61,076 nucleotides of DNA from Patescibacteria group bacterium (GCA_038061695.1 JBBTYT010000005.1:1-61076); one strand, 5' to 3'; shown: positions 37,001-46,761, counted from the first letter of the stretch. Translations and numbers: made by a program. The notes: a model not told the origin generated them from the sequence alone.

Positions 37001-39090
37001 CACATTTCTCCTCTTTAGCCGATCAAATAGGAGCTATACCAGATGACGGAAATATATCTGTGTTAGAATCTTCACCAGGAATAAATTTGCCGTATATCTC
37101 TGTCAGCGATGTTCTGACAAAATATAATAATCTTTCTAAGCTATATCAAGAACTCTTCCTTGGCGTATCAAATGAAGATTCTCTTGAAGGACTTGATCCT
37201 CTATTTAACACCTTAAATGCAACGGAAATAAATATAAAACGCGCCTTGATAGGTCAAAGATGTCCGACGATACCTCCAACTCTCCTTTCGTCACAAAACC
37301 TCATTGATGGTTGCGGTAGATTTGGCGCAACAACGATAAATCCAACCACTACCGGCGAATATAATATGGCAAAGAAATTCATCTTTGAGAGAGAAAGAGT
37401 AGAAGCTCCTAATAGCGGATTTGCGACAAACCCATTTAATGGCACAAATAGTAATGTTATTGCCGGCGTTTTAAACTTGGATGAAATGACTCAACAATTA
37501 GCGACTTTAGCTCCTGATAAAAACATCATAAAGCTCATCAGATTAAGACAGATATTGGAACAACTTCAAATCAATTCTCAACCAATAACATTTTACGGTG
37601 AAACAACAAGCAAAGATAAGGTTATTACGCCAACAATATTAAGCGGAGTTGACACTATCCAACTATCTTTAAGAAACTATCCTGAGATTGAAAACTTTTT
37701 GAATGATATAACAACAGATAATAAACCTATAACTGATCTGATAACAGCTTATGCATTCGCCGTCACAAATACAAAAGAAGCATATCCTGTAATAAGCGAT
37801 GATCTTGATAATATTCTTCCTGATATAACAACTCAGATCCAAGACCAATTAAAAGAAGTCTTCCTAAAAAGGGTTGAGCTTGAGCTTGAACAAGCAAAAA
37901 AAGAAGCTCAAATAAGATTACTTGACTTTATATACTTTGCTGAAGATCTTTCTCCTGCTGTTCAAGTTGAAGTACCGAAAGGCTTCATAAATAGTTCGGA
38001 TGCGATCATTATGGGATTGGATGCTCTTGCAAGTAGGATAATACGAGTTGGCACATCTACATTTAATACTCAGATGGGAATGACACTATCAACGCCATTA
38101 GCGCCTGGAGTAGAAAATAACTGTTTATCTCTATCTGGAGATAAAATATTAGCTATAGCACCATCTACTAACTGCTCGGAAAATCCTGAATTTAAATTAC
38201 GCGGGATGAAAGTTTTACCATGGAATCTTTTTTCAGCTGACCCAGATATGACAATAATCCAAACTAATACTCCTACTTCTCAAGAGATGGAAAAAGCATT
38301 AAAAGCAGTCGGTATAAGAAAAGCATTGATGGCTGGCATAAGAGAAAAAATGAAACATTTTGGAAGAGCTATTGGAGTAAATGTGGACTCGGTAGAATTT
38401 GAAGCTTTTCTATCTCAATATGTCCTTCCTTTGACAAAGAAAGGCGACATACTCCCCGATGGCACCACTGATCTAACAGGCGGGAAAATACCTATTAATG
38501 ATTGGGATGGTAGAATCGCAAGAGGATTAGCGGATGTGGATATTATGTTTACAGGAATATATAGCACAAAGATCAATCATCTAAATAATCCCGGAATAAT
38601 ACTCTCAAATGGAGAGTCTATATATACTGACATACAAACAAAAATGACAGATATCTCAAATAATTTCTCCCTATTACAAGTGGAATTTGAAAAAATAAAG
38701 GAGATTTACACATCTTCTGGAAGCTCATCCATAGCATCATCCAAAGCCTCTCTAGAAGAAATGATTAAACTCTTAAAAACTATGGATGACGCTTTCTCAG
38801 AAGCCCTTGCTTGTACGGATACTGCCCTAAGAATTAATAGCAATGCTAACCAACTTCAACTTGCTCTAGCAACTGGTGGATTAAGTATTCTTACAGACGG
38901 ATTGGGGATAGCTTTTGGCGGTCCTGTAGGGCTAGCTACGGGTATGATAATCGGCGCTTGGCTTACAAGCAGAGCAAAGAAAAAAGCGAAGAAAAAAGCA
39001 AGACAGATAGCGGATACCTGTGCCTCTAAAGCAACGGACTTCAATAATGCCGCTATTGAACTTGTAGATAATTTTATTTGCGGAAAATAA
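34021..39090 (+). CDS. giant (1689 aa) surface protein anchored by N- and C-terminal TM segments
   Basis: Uninterrupted 5 kb ORF. N-terminal TM ISTLLVAILIVNSFLFAILY. C-terminal TM GLATGMIIGAWL followed by the basic stretch SRAKKKAKKKARQ. The central Thr/Ser/Asn/Gly/Pro-rich region suggests beta structure. No family recognised. Confidence 0.85.
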   Translation: MGTFERIFKPISTLLVAILIVNSFLFAILYSPNPARAILGAGDIVSDPIQTALTTVWKAIKTAFDAAKAAADKIWQASVTFFNTWEKSENIMAQVSYALLYATIELMLAKMTTDIVNWINGGAKGSPKVALDFEEIFEDSLDQAAGSVIGDILGLPNGELCDPNFLKVNLPISLDTIQAPTFQEKLKCSFSEIGTNIKDFEKDFSKGGWIGWIRYGKGANNQIGAMMIAKDELAKRAEKAEKAAELKITTGDGFLPQEDCVVTRDINKEIEASFASSGDGDIVGGIAEFGGRSLIGKKLKNILSAYGYSNEDDFKSFWNSSGGAFTCKIKTPAKIIADITSQTITAPLKKLNDQMQAAASELGSKAPAILRPYLNAISTAAINLIIKKEQGIISGVIRQNKPRTNKRQNTDAFRDSSNTLFASESLSSSATDLRSLLMRTTLDFSLFAGVLKEVVENKNILFESPILVSELIHSGYIWSSGFGYGAKASVIWLPNPPYSDNPTSVNDPSMDELISTRTKEVIDKKTAIGYPTLPIAGTINLAGKTCGAFTQEITPTVTTTSNETISPRIGYVSLVSITNADGSISPAGSIIYNNTVSGNTGFFNGPLGQTRIIAFNDKGFINPDSLPIPTPIPDRFVRQIVSPSNPNDLLSNTVTFIDVGGFNSIVVGTPLNTTDPNYDTTILYTSELFSVGSTDLRVSTSGAGDIYYITGNKNPGNLISSGNITYTSVGITSDYNYRYAVQLGNGTSGSGQFVRLPEYSSLSLAITPAYTDPDTFAYIPAIYTDPATEVLFKDIFVGGTINYSNTANGQASYINCRNDNGWYINLSTCRYWDGGTSNEVPAEVIPPLYTGGNCTWIDSDFAELSQVQCEKNIPILGYSSQPDLNLIGIPAYRSDENYNLKYFSPSFPGATTSIENKRLIVRYDDILIDPSQPASDTNPPTTLKDGEDKVTINNSNPFKMTLLDFFPEVDELQNEFMVKIRVLLGYTQRTKKKTHFSSLADQIGAIPDDGNISVLESSPGINLPYISVSDVLTKYNNLSKLYQELFLGVSNEDSLEGLDPLFNTLNATEINIKRALIGQRCPTIPPTLLSSQNLIDGCGRFGATTINPTTTGEYNMAKKFIFERERVEAPNSGFATNPFNGTNSNVIAGVLNLDEMTQQLATLAPDKNIIKLIRLRQILEQLQINSQPITFYGETTSKDKVITPTILSGVDTIQLSLRNYPEIENFLNDITTDNKPITDLITAYAFAVTNTKEAYPVISDDLDNILPDITTQIQDQLKEVFLKRVELELEQAKKEAQIRLLDFIYFAEDLSPAVQVEVPKGFINSSDAIIMGLDALASRIIRVGTSTFNTQMGMTLSTPLAPGVENNCLSLSGDKILAIAPSTNCSENPEFKLRGMKVLPWNLFSADPDMTIIQTNTPTSQEMEKALKAVGIRKALMAGIREKMKHFGRAIGVNVDSVEFEAFLSQYVLPLTKKGDILPDGTTDLTGGKIPINDWDGRIARGLADVDIMFTGIYSTKINHLNNPGIILSNGESIYTDIQTKMTDISNNFSLLQVEFEKIKEIYTSSGSSSIASSKASLEEMIKLLKTMDDAFSEALACTDTALRINSNANQLQLALATGGLSILTDGLGIAFGGPVGLATGMIIGAWLTSRAKKKAKKKARQIADTCASKATDFNNAAIELVDNFICGK

Positions 39091-39094
39091 AAAA

Positions 39095-41104
39095 ATGAAT
39101 TTCAAAAAGAAACAATTTATTCTCATCTTATCACTGCTTTTAATAGTATTTTTTGGTTTTTTTCTTACACCAAATCCAGCATATGCTGGGCTGGGAGATA
39201 ATGTTATGACTGGATTCCTAAGATTAATAAACTGGGTACTTAGAATGATAATGGATCTTGAATCTCTTATTTTAGCCCTTATCGGATCATTCGCTGACTC
39301 TGTAATGCAACCGGAACCAATAACAAAGTCTTTTATAGTAGAAAACGGCTGGAATATAGCAAGAGATTTTGCAAATATGTTCTTTATCTTAATACTTCTT
39401 GCTATTGCGTTATCTTTTATCTTATTTCCTCGTTTTCAAATAAAGCAGGCTTTACCAAGACTTCTAGCCATTGCTCTCTTGATAAATTTCTCATTACCTA
39501 TAGCCGGTCTCTTCATAGATTTTGCAAATATTTTTTCCGCTACCTTTTTTAAATTAGCCTCTGCAGGAACTGCAGGCATATCTGAAACAGTAGCTGGGGG
39601 CTTAGGCATTACCAATATATATACTTTCAATGCCAGTGGACAATTTGGAGGCGATACATTGGATAGTGAACAAAAACTTTTCAAAATTCTTTTACTTGGA
39701 ATATTTTTTATGGGTATTTTAATATTCATATTCTTAGCACTTGGTATGATGTTTTTAATTAGAAATATGTATCTATATATATTATTAATATTACTTCCTC
39801 TCGCTCTTGTGGCTTCTATCCTGCCTCAAGGAAAATCTTACTTTTCTAGCTGGACAGGCAAATTTTTTCAATGGACATTTTTTGCTCCAGTAGCGCTCTT
39901 TTTCATATATCTTGCAATAGCTTCCTTTCAGAGCATCATTGGTTCTAAAGCTCAAGATTTTGCGGCTAAAGCTACCATGGAAGATGGTATTCCTCTATTA
40001 GCACAAACTTATAATTATATAGCAATTCTTGGACTTCTAATCGGTTCGCTTGTAGCCGCAAACTCCTTAGGCATAAGAGCTGCTGGAGCATCTTTAACTA
40101 TGCTTAAAAAAGGCGGGAAGATTATGAGAAATGGAATTGGCAGAGGAGTAAGAGGTGTCGGCAGATATGCCAAGAGAGAGGCAGTATATAACGCTGAGAG
40201 ATTATCAGCTTCTAAGGGAATTGAGAATGTCTCTTCATTTCTATCAGGAATACCTTTAGTAGGAGCTTACGCCGGCAGAACAGGACTAAGAGCCGCAACA
40301 AGATTCAAATTGTCCGCTGAAAGTAGAGGTAAAATATCTGATAAGGAGAAAAAGCTTTTAGATAGTATGTCAGATAAACAACAGCTGAAATATTATGAGG
40401 ATATGAAAAGAACAAATTCATCAAGAGCCACAACTCTTGCTGGCATACTCGCTGAAAAAGGTACTCTCACAAAATTTGATCCTAAAAAATCAGTTGACGA
40501 AAATAATGTTGCAACGAAGAAACTCAAAGATGATGCTTATGCGGATGCTGTTAAAGTTGGAAATAAAAATGCTCAGAAGGCTATAGAAAGATCAGCACCT
40601 CAAATATTTGAGGACAATTTAAATAAAAGAAAATTTGTTGTACAAAGGCAAGGCGAAGAAGCAAAAGATAGTGAAACTGGTCTGACAAAAAATGAAATGA
40701 CTCAAGCATATTATAGAGGATTTCGGCCTAGTGATGTGGAAAAAATGGATAAAGGAATGCTTAGTAGCGAGGAAGGTAAAAAATTCTTAAAGAATCTCCA
40801 AATATATGGAAATATGTCCGGTGAACATTTAAAATCAGCTTTAAGAACTGGTTCTCATGACTTCTTGAAAGCATTTGAGGATTCTATAAAAAGTATGAGT
40901 GCCCCAGAAATACGACAGATATCAGAAAACAATAAAAACTTTGTAAACTTCGTAGGTAGCACAGCCGCTAGAGGACTCTCTGGCGCAAAAGAGCTGTCTG
41001 AAAAGATAAAATTATCACAGGGTATTATGCAAACGATATCGACAGTAAGACAGGATACCGCGCAAGCGCTAAAAAATCCTAGAGCCACCGCAAAAACACC
41101 TTAA
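39095..41104 (+). CDS. VirB6/TrbL-like polytopic membrane protein with a long hydrophilic C-terminal extension
   Basis: Signal/TM, at least 6 hydrophobic helices over residues about 80-330, then about 330 hydrophilic residues. It starts 4 nt after the giant gene. Assignment rests on topology, context and gestalt. Confidence 0.6.
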   Translation: MNFKKKQFILILSLLLIVFFGFFLTPNPAYAGLGDNVMTGFLRLINWVLRMIMDLESLILALIGSFADSVMQPEPITKSFIVENGWNIARDFANMFFILILLAIALSFILFPRFQIKQALPRLLAIALLINFSLPIAGLFIDFANIFSATFFKLASAGTAGISETVAGGLGITNIYTFNASGQFGGDTLDSEQKLFKILLLGIFFMGILIFIFLALGMMFLIRNMYLYILLILLPLALVASILPQGKSYFSSWTGKFFQWTFFAPVALFFIYLAIASFQSIIGSKAQDFAAKATMEDGIPLLAQTYNYIAILGLLIGSLVAANSLGIRAAGASLTMLKKGGKIMRNGIGRGVRGVGRYAKREAVYNAERLSASKGIENVSSFLSGIPLVGAYAGRTGLRAATRFKLSAESRGKISDKEKKLLDSMSDKQQLKYYEDMKRTNSSRATTLAGILAEKGTLTKFDPKKSVDENNVATKKLKDDAYADAVKVGNKNAQKAIERSAPQIFEDNLNKRKFVVQRQGEEAKDSETGLTKNEMTQAYYRGFRPSDVEKMDKGMLSSEEGKKFLKNLQIYGNMSGEHLKSALRTGSHDFLKAFEDSIKSMSAPEIRQISENNKNFVNFVGSTAARGLSGAKELSEKIKLSQGIMQTISTVRQDTAQALKNPRATAKTP

Positions 41105-41148
41105 AAAAGCAGTTTAGAGATTTAATATAATAAAATTATATTTAAAAA

Positions 41149-42033
41149 ATGCAAGATATACCAAAAGAACAATTAATAAAGAGATTTCAAATATTATCCG
41201 ACTCTTTGCAGGATATTATTTTTTCCGAAACAACCGCAGATTCAATCAGAAAGGCATCTGTGCTTGGTGGTGTTGAAGAAAATCAAGGCTTGCTTGCTGA
41301 ACTAACAGGTAGAGTCTTATTAGGATATTTAAATCCAATTCATTTTGCTGAAGAATTGGTAAACGAGCTTGGGATATCAGAAGAAACGGCTCAACAAATA
41401 ACAACCATTCTTGATGCAGAGATATTCTCTCTTGTAAACACCGATTTAAGAAAGCTATATCCGCCAACTATAAAAACTCCGACAGCGATGTCAAAAGGAT
41501 TTTCTCATGAGGAGGCAAAAAAATATGAGAAGAAAGATGAAAAGAGAGTAAGTGAGTTTGAAAAAAGATTTTTAGGCAAACGGGATGAAGCATCTGAAAA
41601 AATATTTTCACAAAAAATGGGAAGCAAAGTGCTGGATACTGAAGAAGAAACGAAAAGCTATACTACACCTATTTCGGAAAAAGAGAAAATTATTGAACAA
41701 GCTATCGTTATTCCAAAAGCTCCGGAGATCCCAAAAAAAATAGAAACTATAAGAAATATAAACTCAAATAAAAAACCTGTTGAAGAAAGAAAACCAGAAC
41801 CGATATTAGCAGAAAGAGAGATAAAAACAACAGAACCGCAATTAAGAGCGCAAAAAGAAACGCCTCATATAAAACCTGTGGTTCCTTTGCCGACATTTTT
41901 ACAATCCCAGTTTCAGCCAAGAAAGAAAATGGCGAGCGCATACAATGAAGATCTACCTAAAGAAGATACAAAAAATGAGACAAAACCAACACCAAAGATA
42001 TCTGGAAATGTGATAGATCTTCGTGACCTTTAA
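41149..42033 (+). CDS. hypothetical soluble protein (about 100-aa N-terminal domain + Lys/Glu/Pro-rich tail)
   Basis: No TM helices and a low-complexity C-terminal half. It lies inside the operon. Confidence 0.55.
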   Translation: MQDIPKEQLIKRFQILSDSLQDIIFSETTADSIRKASVLGGVEENQGLLAELTGRVLLGYLNPIHFAEELVNELGISEETAQQITTILDAEIFSLVNTDLRKLYPPTIKTPTAMSKGFSHEEAKKYEKKDEKRVSEFEKRFLGKRDEASEKIFSQKMGSKVLDTEEETKSYTTPISEKEKIIEQAIVIPKAPEIPKKIETIRNINSNKKPVEERKPEPILAEREIKTTEPQLRAQKETPHIKPVVPLPTFLQSQFQPRKKMASAYNEDLPKEDTKNETKPTPKISGNVIDLRDL

Positions 42034-42114
42034 TCAGCTTATAACTCTTAGATTTATAATTCATAAAAATGTTTTCCTAAAAAACTAAAAGCCACTAAAG
42101 ATAAAAGCTAGCCT

Positions 42115-42471
42115 ATGAAACAATTTCAAGTTCCACAATTTATAGATATAGAAGATAAGATTCTTGGATTTGTAACTATGCGTCAGTTTTTTACTATGCT
42201 CATTCCGCTAACCGTAGCTATTGTATTATATTTCATATTGGATTTTTTTCTTATGATAATTATTTCTGTGCCAACTACGATTATCTCAGCAATATTTGCT
42301 TTTTATAGACCTAATGGAATGAAGTTTTCAAAATTTATAAGATCATTTTTAAGCTATACATTTAAACCAAGATTATATGTTTGGAAAAGAGAAGAAAAAT
42401 CAATGTCATCTCAAGAAATGGAAATAACGGAATCCGAGAGAATAAAGAAGTTAGATGGATTGAAAAAATAA
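42115..42471 (+). CDS. PrgI-family / VirB3-like small membrane protein
   Basis: N-terminus VPQFIDIEDKILGFVTMRQFF followed by two TM helices. This is the typical PrgI pattern, and the gene sits just upstream of VirB4. Confidence 0.7.
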   Translation: MKQFQVPQFIDIEDKILGFVTMRQFFTMLIPLTVAIVLYFILDFFLMIIISVPTTIISAIFAFYRPNGMKFSKFIRSFLSYTFKPRLYVWKREEKSMSSQEMEITESERIKKLDGLKK

Positions 42472-42516
42472 AAAAGGAATTTTTGAATTTAACACTTTTA
42501 ATTTTTAATTTGAAAG

Positions 42517-43155
42517 ATGGCAAAATTAAACGCGCAAGCAACACAACAGCTGGTAGATATAGATTCTATAAGAGAAAATGTGGTCATATTGAAAGGCGGG
42601 GCATTACGCTCTATCTTGCTGTGTTCATCTGTAAACTTGGCGTTAAAATCTCAAGATGAACAGGATGCTTTAATATATCAATATCAAAATTTTTTAAACG
42701 GATTGGATTTTTCAATAGAATTTGTTGTACATTCAAGAAAGCTTGATATCTCAGAATATATAACCAATGTAAAAGAAAATTTAGAAAGTCAAAAAAATGA
42801 ACTTCTAAGAATCCAGACGGAGGAGTATATAGAATTCATAGAAAACTTCGTCTCTATGCAAAATATTATGGCAAAATCATTTTATGCTATAATACCATTT
42901 TCACTGACAGAAGATTCAAAACAAGGATTTTTCAGTAAGATGTTATCACCAAAAACAACATCATTCAAAAAAATGTCTGATGACGAATTTATCAAGTACA
43001 AAAACCAACTCTGGCAAAGAGTGGAAAATGTAATATCAGGACTAAGAACTGTCGGCGTAATATCTGAACCACTGAACGACTCTGAATTAAAAGAATTATT
43101 TTTTAATATTTATAACCCAGGCGAAACAGGAAAAGAGATCTTAAACAAATCTTAA
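42517..43155 (+). CDS. VirB4 N-terminal-domain-like protein (no ATPase domain)
   Basis: VDIDSIRENVVILKGGALRSILLCSSVNLALKSQDEQDALIYQYQNFLNGLDFSIEFVVHSRKLD resembles the N-terminal region of Gram-positive VirB4/TraE-type proteins. No Walker motifs. Confidence 0.45.
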   Translation: MAKLNAQATQQLVDIDSIRENVVILKGGALRSILLCSSVNLALKSQDEQDALIYQYQNFLNGLDFSIEFVVHSRKLDISEYITNVKENLESQKNELLRIQTEEYIEFIENFVSMQNIMAKSFYAIIPFSLTEDSKQGFFSKMLSPKTTSFKKMSDDEFIKYKNQLWQRVENVISGLRTVGVISEPLNDSELKELFFNIYNPGETGKEILNKS

Positions 43156-43161
43156 ATTATT

Positions 43162-44952
43162 ATGTCATCACAAAAATACCAAGAAAATATCAATATACCT
43201 CAAATATCTGATCCTGCCGGATTTAAAGATATCGTTGCGCCATCAGCCATCCAGATAGAAAGCAGGTATATTCAACTTGGTGATAAATTTTTACGAACTC
43301 TATTTTTATACTCTTATCCGAGATTTTTAAATACAAATTGGTTTGCTCCCGTGATTAATCTAGATAGATTTTTTGACATCTCCATACACTTTCATCCTGT
43401 AGATACTGCCATAATAATGAAAAAACTCAATAGAAAAGTTACTTCTGTTGAGGCGCAACTTAATGAGAGATCAGAGAAGGGACTTATAAGAGATCCCATA
43501 CTTGAAACAGCTCTGCAAGATTTGGAGGGGCTAAGAAATTCCTTGCTTCAAGCTACCCAAAAACTTTTCAGAGTTGGTGTCTATATAACCATAATAGAAG
43601 ATACCCTTGATGACCTCAATAAAGCGGAGAGTGAAATCCGTGGAATCTTAGATGCCAGAATGATCTTAACAAAAAACGCGAACTTCCAGCAGGATATTGG
43701 ATTTATGTCCACTCTTCCGCTAGGCAGAGATATACTGGACATTCACTCAAACCTAAATACAGGACCGGCATCAACTATTTTTCCGTTTGTATCCGCTGAT
43801 CTTACATCAAATAAAGGCATCTTATATGGAATAAATAGACACAACAATGGTCTTATTCTATTTGATAGATTCTCTCTTGAAAATGCTAACTCTGTCATCT
43901 TTGCAAAGTCCGGATCAGGAAAAAGCTATACTGCAAAGCTTGAGATATTAAGATCTTTGATGATGGGAACAGAAGTTATTATTATAGATCCTGAAAATGA
44001 ATATAAATATCTTACAGAAACTGTTGGTGGCTCTTTTTTCAAAGTCTCACTAAACTCTTCAAGCCATATCAATCCGTTTGATCTGCCAAAACCGATTGAA
44101 GGAGAATCTCAAGCTGATGTCTTAAGATCAAATATTATAAATCTTGTTGGTATGATGCGTTTAATGCTAGGTCAAATGTCTCCGGAAGAAGACTCTATAG
44201 TAGATAGAGCTCTTGCTGAAACTTATGCATCAAGAGACATAACTCCGGATGTAGATTTCTCAGATACAATACCGCCGACACTTTCTGATTTTCAATCTAT
44301 ATTGGAAAATATGGATGGTGGTTCATCGCTAGCAAAGAGGCTTGAAAAATATACCGAGGGTTCTTATGCCGGATTTTTAAATAATCAAACAAATATAGAT
44401 ATGCAAAATAAGCTCGTTGTATTTTCTATTAGAGATATGGAAACTGAGCTTAGACCGATTGCTATGTATCTTATTATAAGATATGTATGGAATATCATCA
44501 GGGCAAAATTAAAAAAGAGGATACTCCTTGTTGATGAGGCTTGGGTTATGATGCAACATGAAGATGCGGCATCATTTCTATACGGCATCGCAAAAAGATG
44601 TAGAAAATATTATTTAGGACTTACAACGATTACTCAAGATGTTAATGATTTCTTGAGCTCAAAATACGGAAAAGCAATATTAACAAATTCATCATTACAG
44701 CTTTTACTCAAACAATCTCCGGCTACCATAGGAATGGTTAAGGAGGCTTTCAATCTTTCTGAAGAAGAAAAATACTTGCTTCTTGAATGTGGTGTTGGTG
44801 AGGGCATATTCTTTGCTGGACTCAAACATGCCGCCATTAAAGTTATTGCATCATATACCGAAGATCAGATAATAACATCCAATCCAGAACAACTACTTGA
44901 AAGAGAGAAAGAAAGGGCTGACCTTGAGAGAGCAGGAGATAGCGTGGTATAA
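43162..44952 (+). CDS. virB4: VirB4/TraC-family type IV secretion ATPase
   Basis: Walker A KSGSGKSYT (about 43903-43929), Walker B RILLVDEAW (about 44518-44545), and the N-terminal domain IQLGDKFLRTLFLYSYPRFLNTNWF. Confidence 0.9.
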   Translation: MSSQKYQENINIPQISDPAGFKDIVAPSAIQIESRYIQLGDKFLRTLFLYSYPRFLNTNWFAPVINLDRFFDISIHFHPVDTAIIMKKLNRKVTSVEAQLNERSEKGLIRDPILETALQDLEGLRNSLLQATQKLFRVGVYITIIEDTLDDLNKAESEIRGILDARMILTKNANFQQDIGFMSTLPLGRDILDIHSNLNTGPASTIFPFVSADLTSNKGILYGINRHNNGLILFDRFSLENANSVIFAKSGSGKSYTAKLEILRSLMMGTEVIIIDPENEYKYLTETVGGSFFKVSLNSSSHINPFDLPKPIEGESQADVLRSNIINLVGMMRLMLGQMSPEEDSIVDRALAETYASRDITPDVDFSDTIPPTLSDFQSILENMDGGSSLAKRLEKYTEGSYAGFLNNQTNIDMQNKLVVFSIRDMETELRPIAMYLIIRYVWNIIRAKLKKRILLVDEAWVMMQHEDAASFLYGIAKRCRKYYLGLTTITQDVNDFLSSKYGKAILTNSSLQLLLKQSPATIGMVKEAFNLSEEEKYLLLECGVGEGIFFAGLKHAAIKVIASYTEDQIITSNPEQLLEREKERADLERAGDSVV

Positions 44953-45017
44953 TAGATGTGACTTACAAACTTAATAAAGCTTATCCTGTTTGAGTGTGTA
45001 AATTCTAATAAAAAAGA

Positions 45018-46067
45018 ATGGGTTACAAATTTAAAATTATAAATATAAAATCTTTAAGCTCTTTATCCTTAATAGCTCTTTTTCTTTTTTCACCAATTTT
45101 ATCTAACGCCCAACAAGCTTATGATTATGATAAAGAAATTCAAGATCAAATATCAAGTGCAGAAGATGAATTCTCTGCTCCTTCTGTTGAATTAAATACA
45201 TCATCAAGCGGCAGAATTGGTCAAACCGCCAATATCTCGGCTACTTTAAATAATATAAATCCAAATACGACTGAATTTTTATGGTATTTGGACGATGTAT
45301 CAGATCAAAAACAATCAGGAAAGGCAAAGAGCGAGTTTTCATTTACAACTTCAAAAGAAAATCATGTCGTCAGATTGACTATTTTGGAGAATAACAAAAA
45401 AGTGGCTGAGAATGCGGTATTAATAAGCTCCTATAATATCTCTCTGATCTGGAAAGCTGAAACTTATGTTCCACCTGAATATGAAGGAAAGGCTATGCCA
45501 ACAAGAGGAAGTAAAGTTACTGTTACAGCAATACCGGACATTAAAGATGTTGACTCTAAAGAACTTCTGTACACATGGTATCTTAATTCTGAATCACAGG
45601 TGAGAGGTGTATTAGGAGAAGATGCATTTTCATTTATAGTATCAAAGAGTGTTGATTTTATACCAGTATTTGTAGAAGTTTCAAATCTCTCAGGGTCAAT
45701 AACAGTAAGCCAAGCTATATCAATACCTGTAGTAAGACCTTCTGTCTTGCTATATCATAAAACATCTGAAAAAAGATCTGAGCTCGCCTTAAATAATATA
45801 GATATCTCTCCCGGAAAATCAATATCAGTGATAGCAAGGCCATTTAATTTTCAAGCAAACAATCTGACAGATTTTGATTATATTTGGGAGTTTATAGGTA
45901 ATAAGGCATTCGGAGATAATATAGATCCGAGCCTATTAACATTACAAATATCTGAAAATTCTGCTTTGGGAAGTAAAAATTTAACCTTACTAGCAACTAG
46001 CCGTAAATCATATAAAGAACGAGCCGTCTCAAACCTGACTGTTAATATAATAAAACAGCAAGAATAA
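45018..46067 (+). CDS. secreted protein with three roughly 100-aa beta-sandwich-like repeats
   Basis: Signal peptide ending SNAQQ. A motif recurs at about 100-aa spacing: TEFLWYLDD, ELLYTWYLNSE, DFDYIWEFIGN. Confidence 0.6.
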   Translation: MGYKFKIINIKSLSSLSLIALFLFSPILSNAQQAYDYDKEIQDQISSAEDEFSAPSVELNTSSSGRIGQTANISATLNNINPNTTEFLWYLDDVSDQKQSGKAKSEFSFTTSKENHVVRLTILENNKKVAENAVLISSYNISLIWKAETYVPPEYEGKAMPTRGSKVTVTAIPDIKDVDSKELLYTWYLNSESQVRGVLGEDAFSFIVSKSVDFIPVFVEVSNLSGSITVSQAISIPVVRPSVLLYHKTSEKRSELALNNIDISPGKSISVIARPFNFQANNLTDFDYIWEFIGNKAFGDNIDPSLLTLQISENSALGSKNLTLLATSRKSYKERAVSNLTVNIIKQQE

Positions 46068-46702
46068 TGAAATACAAAAAGATCATCTTAATATTATTTT
46101 TTACCGTAGTGCTTGTCGTTATTTCAGATACGGCTAGCGCTGTTATATTGGAATCAGGGATCCCTGGAAAAGATGGATATGCTCCTGGCGTCGAAGCTCC
46201 TGACATCAAAGAATATCTGGAGTTAATTTATAAATTTATGATAGGCCTTATCGGTATTGCCGGTTTCGCCTCACTAGTTTGGTATGGAATAGTTTGGATA
46301 TACTCAGGAATATCAGAGAAAAAATCAGAAGCACTGGAGGGCATAAAAAATACTCTCATTGGCATAGCTCTTGCCCTATCTTCTTATGCAATATTATATA
46401 CAATAAACCCTAATCTTCTAACACTCACAATACCAACACCTCCAAAAAATATAATTACTACACAGCCTATGACCCACCCTCAAATGGTTTATAGTACTAG
46501 AGAATTTGGAAATTGGTATTATGACTACTACTCTACTCTAAATGGAACAATACGGAACAGCTTAGGATATACTGGACCTACAGCCGAACTTAATTGCCAA
46601 AAAACTGTATTAGCATTTCAAAATACATTATATGTCAACTCAACATTGCCTGACAAACTAATAATAGTCAATCCATGTTATGAATATTCTGGGTACAGAT
46701 AA
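46067..46702 (+). CDS. VirB2/TrbC-like T4SS pilin with an extra C-terminal domain
   Basis: Signal peptide (...SDTASA), then two hydrophobic helices separated by a short polar loop (MIGLIGIAGFASLVWYGIVWIYSG...KSEALEGIKNTLIGIALALSSYAILY). The start overlaps the upstream stop as TAATG. No type IV prepilin G/FTLxE motif. Confidence 0.6.
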   Translation: MKYKKIILILFFTVVLVVISDTASAVILESGIPGKDGYAPGVEAPDIKEYLELIYKFMIGLIGIAGFASLVWYGIVWIYSGISEKKSEALEGIKNTLIGIALALSSYAILYTINPNLLTLTIPTPPKNIITTQPMTHPQMVYSTREFGNWYYDYYSTLNGTIRNSLGYTGPTAELNCQKTVLAFQNTLYVNSTLPDKLIIVNPCYEYSGYR

Positions 46703-46761
46703 AAATGTTGCATCGTCGGCAATCCTATCATCTATAATTACTTGCCAAATAATAAAAAAAT

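Noticed and set aside
46067-46702. The pilin-like gene as a type IV pilus (T4P) pilin
   Set aside because: It has no class III prepilin leader or G/FTLxE cleavage motif. Instead it has a Sec-type signal peptide and a two-helix VirB2/TrbC-like layout, and it sits next to VirB4 rather than PilB/PilC.
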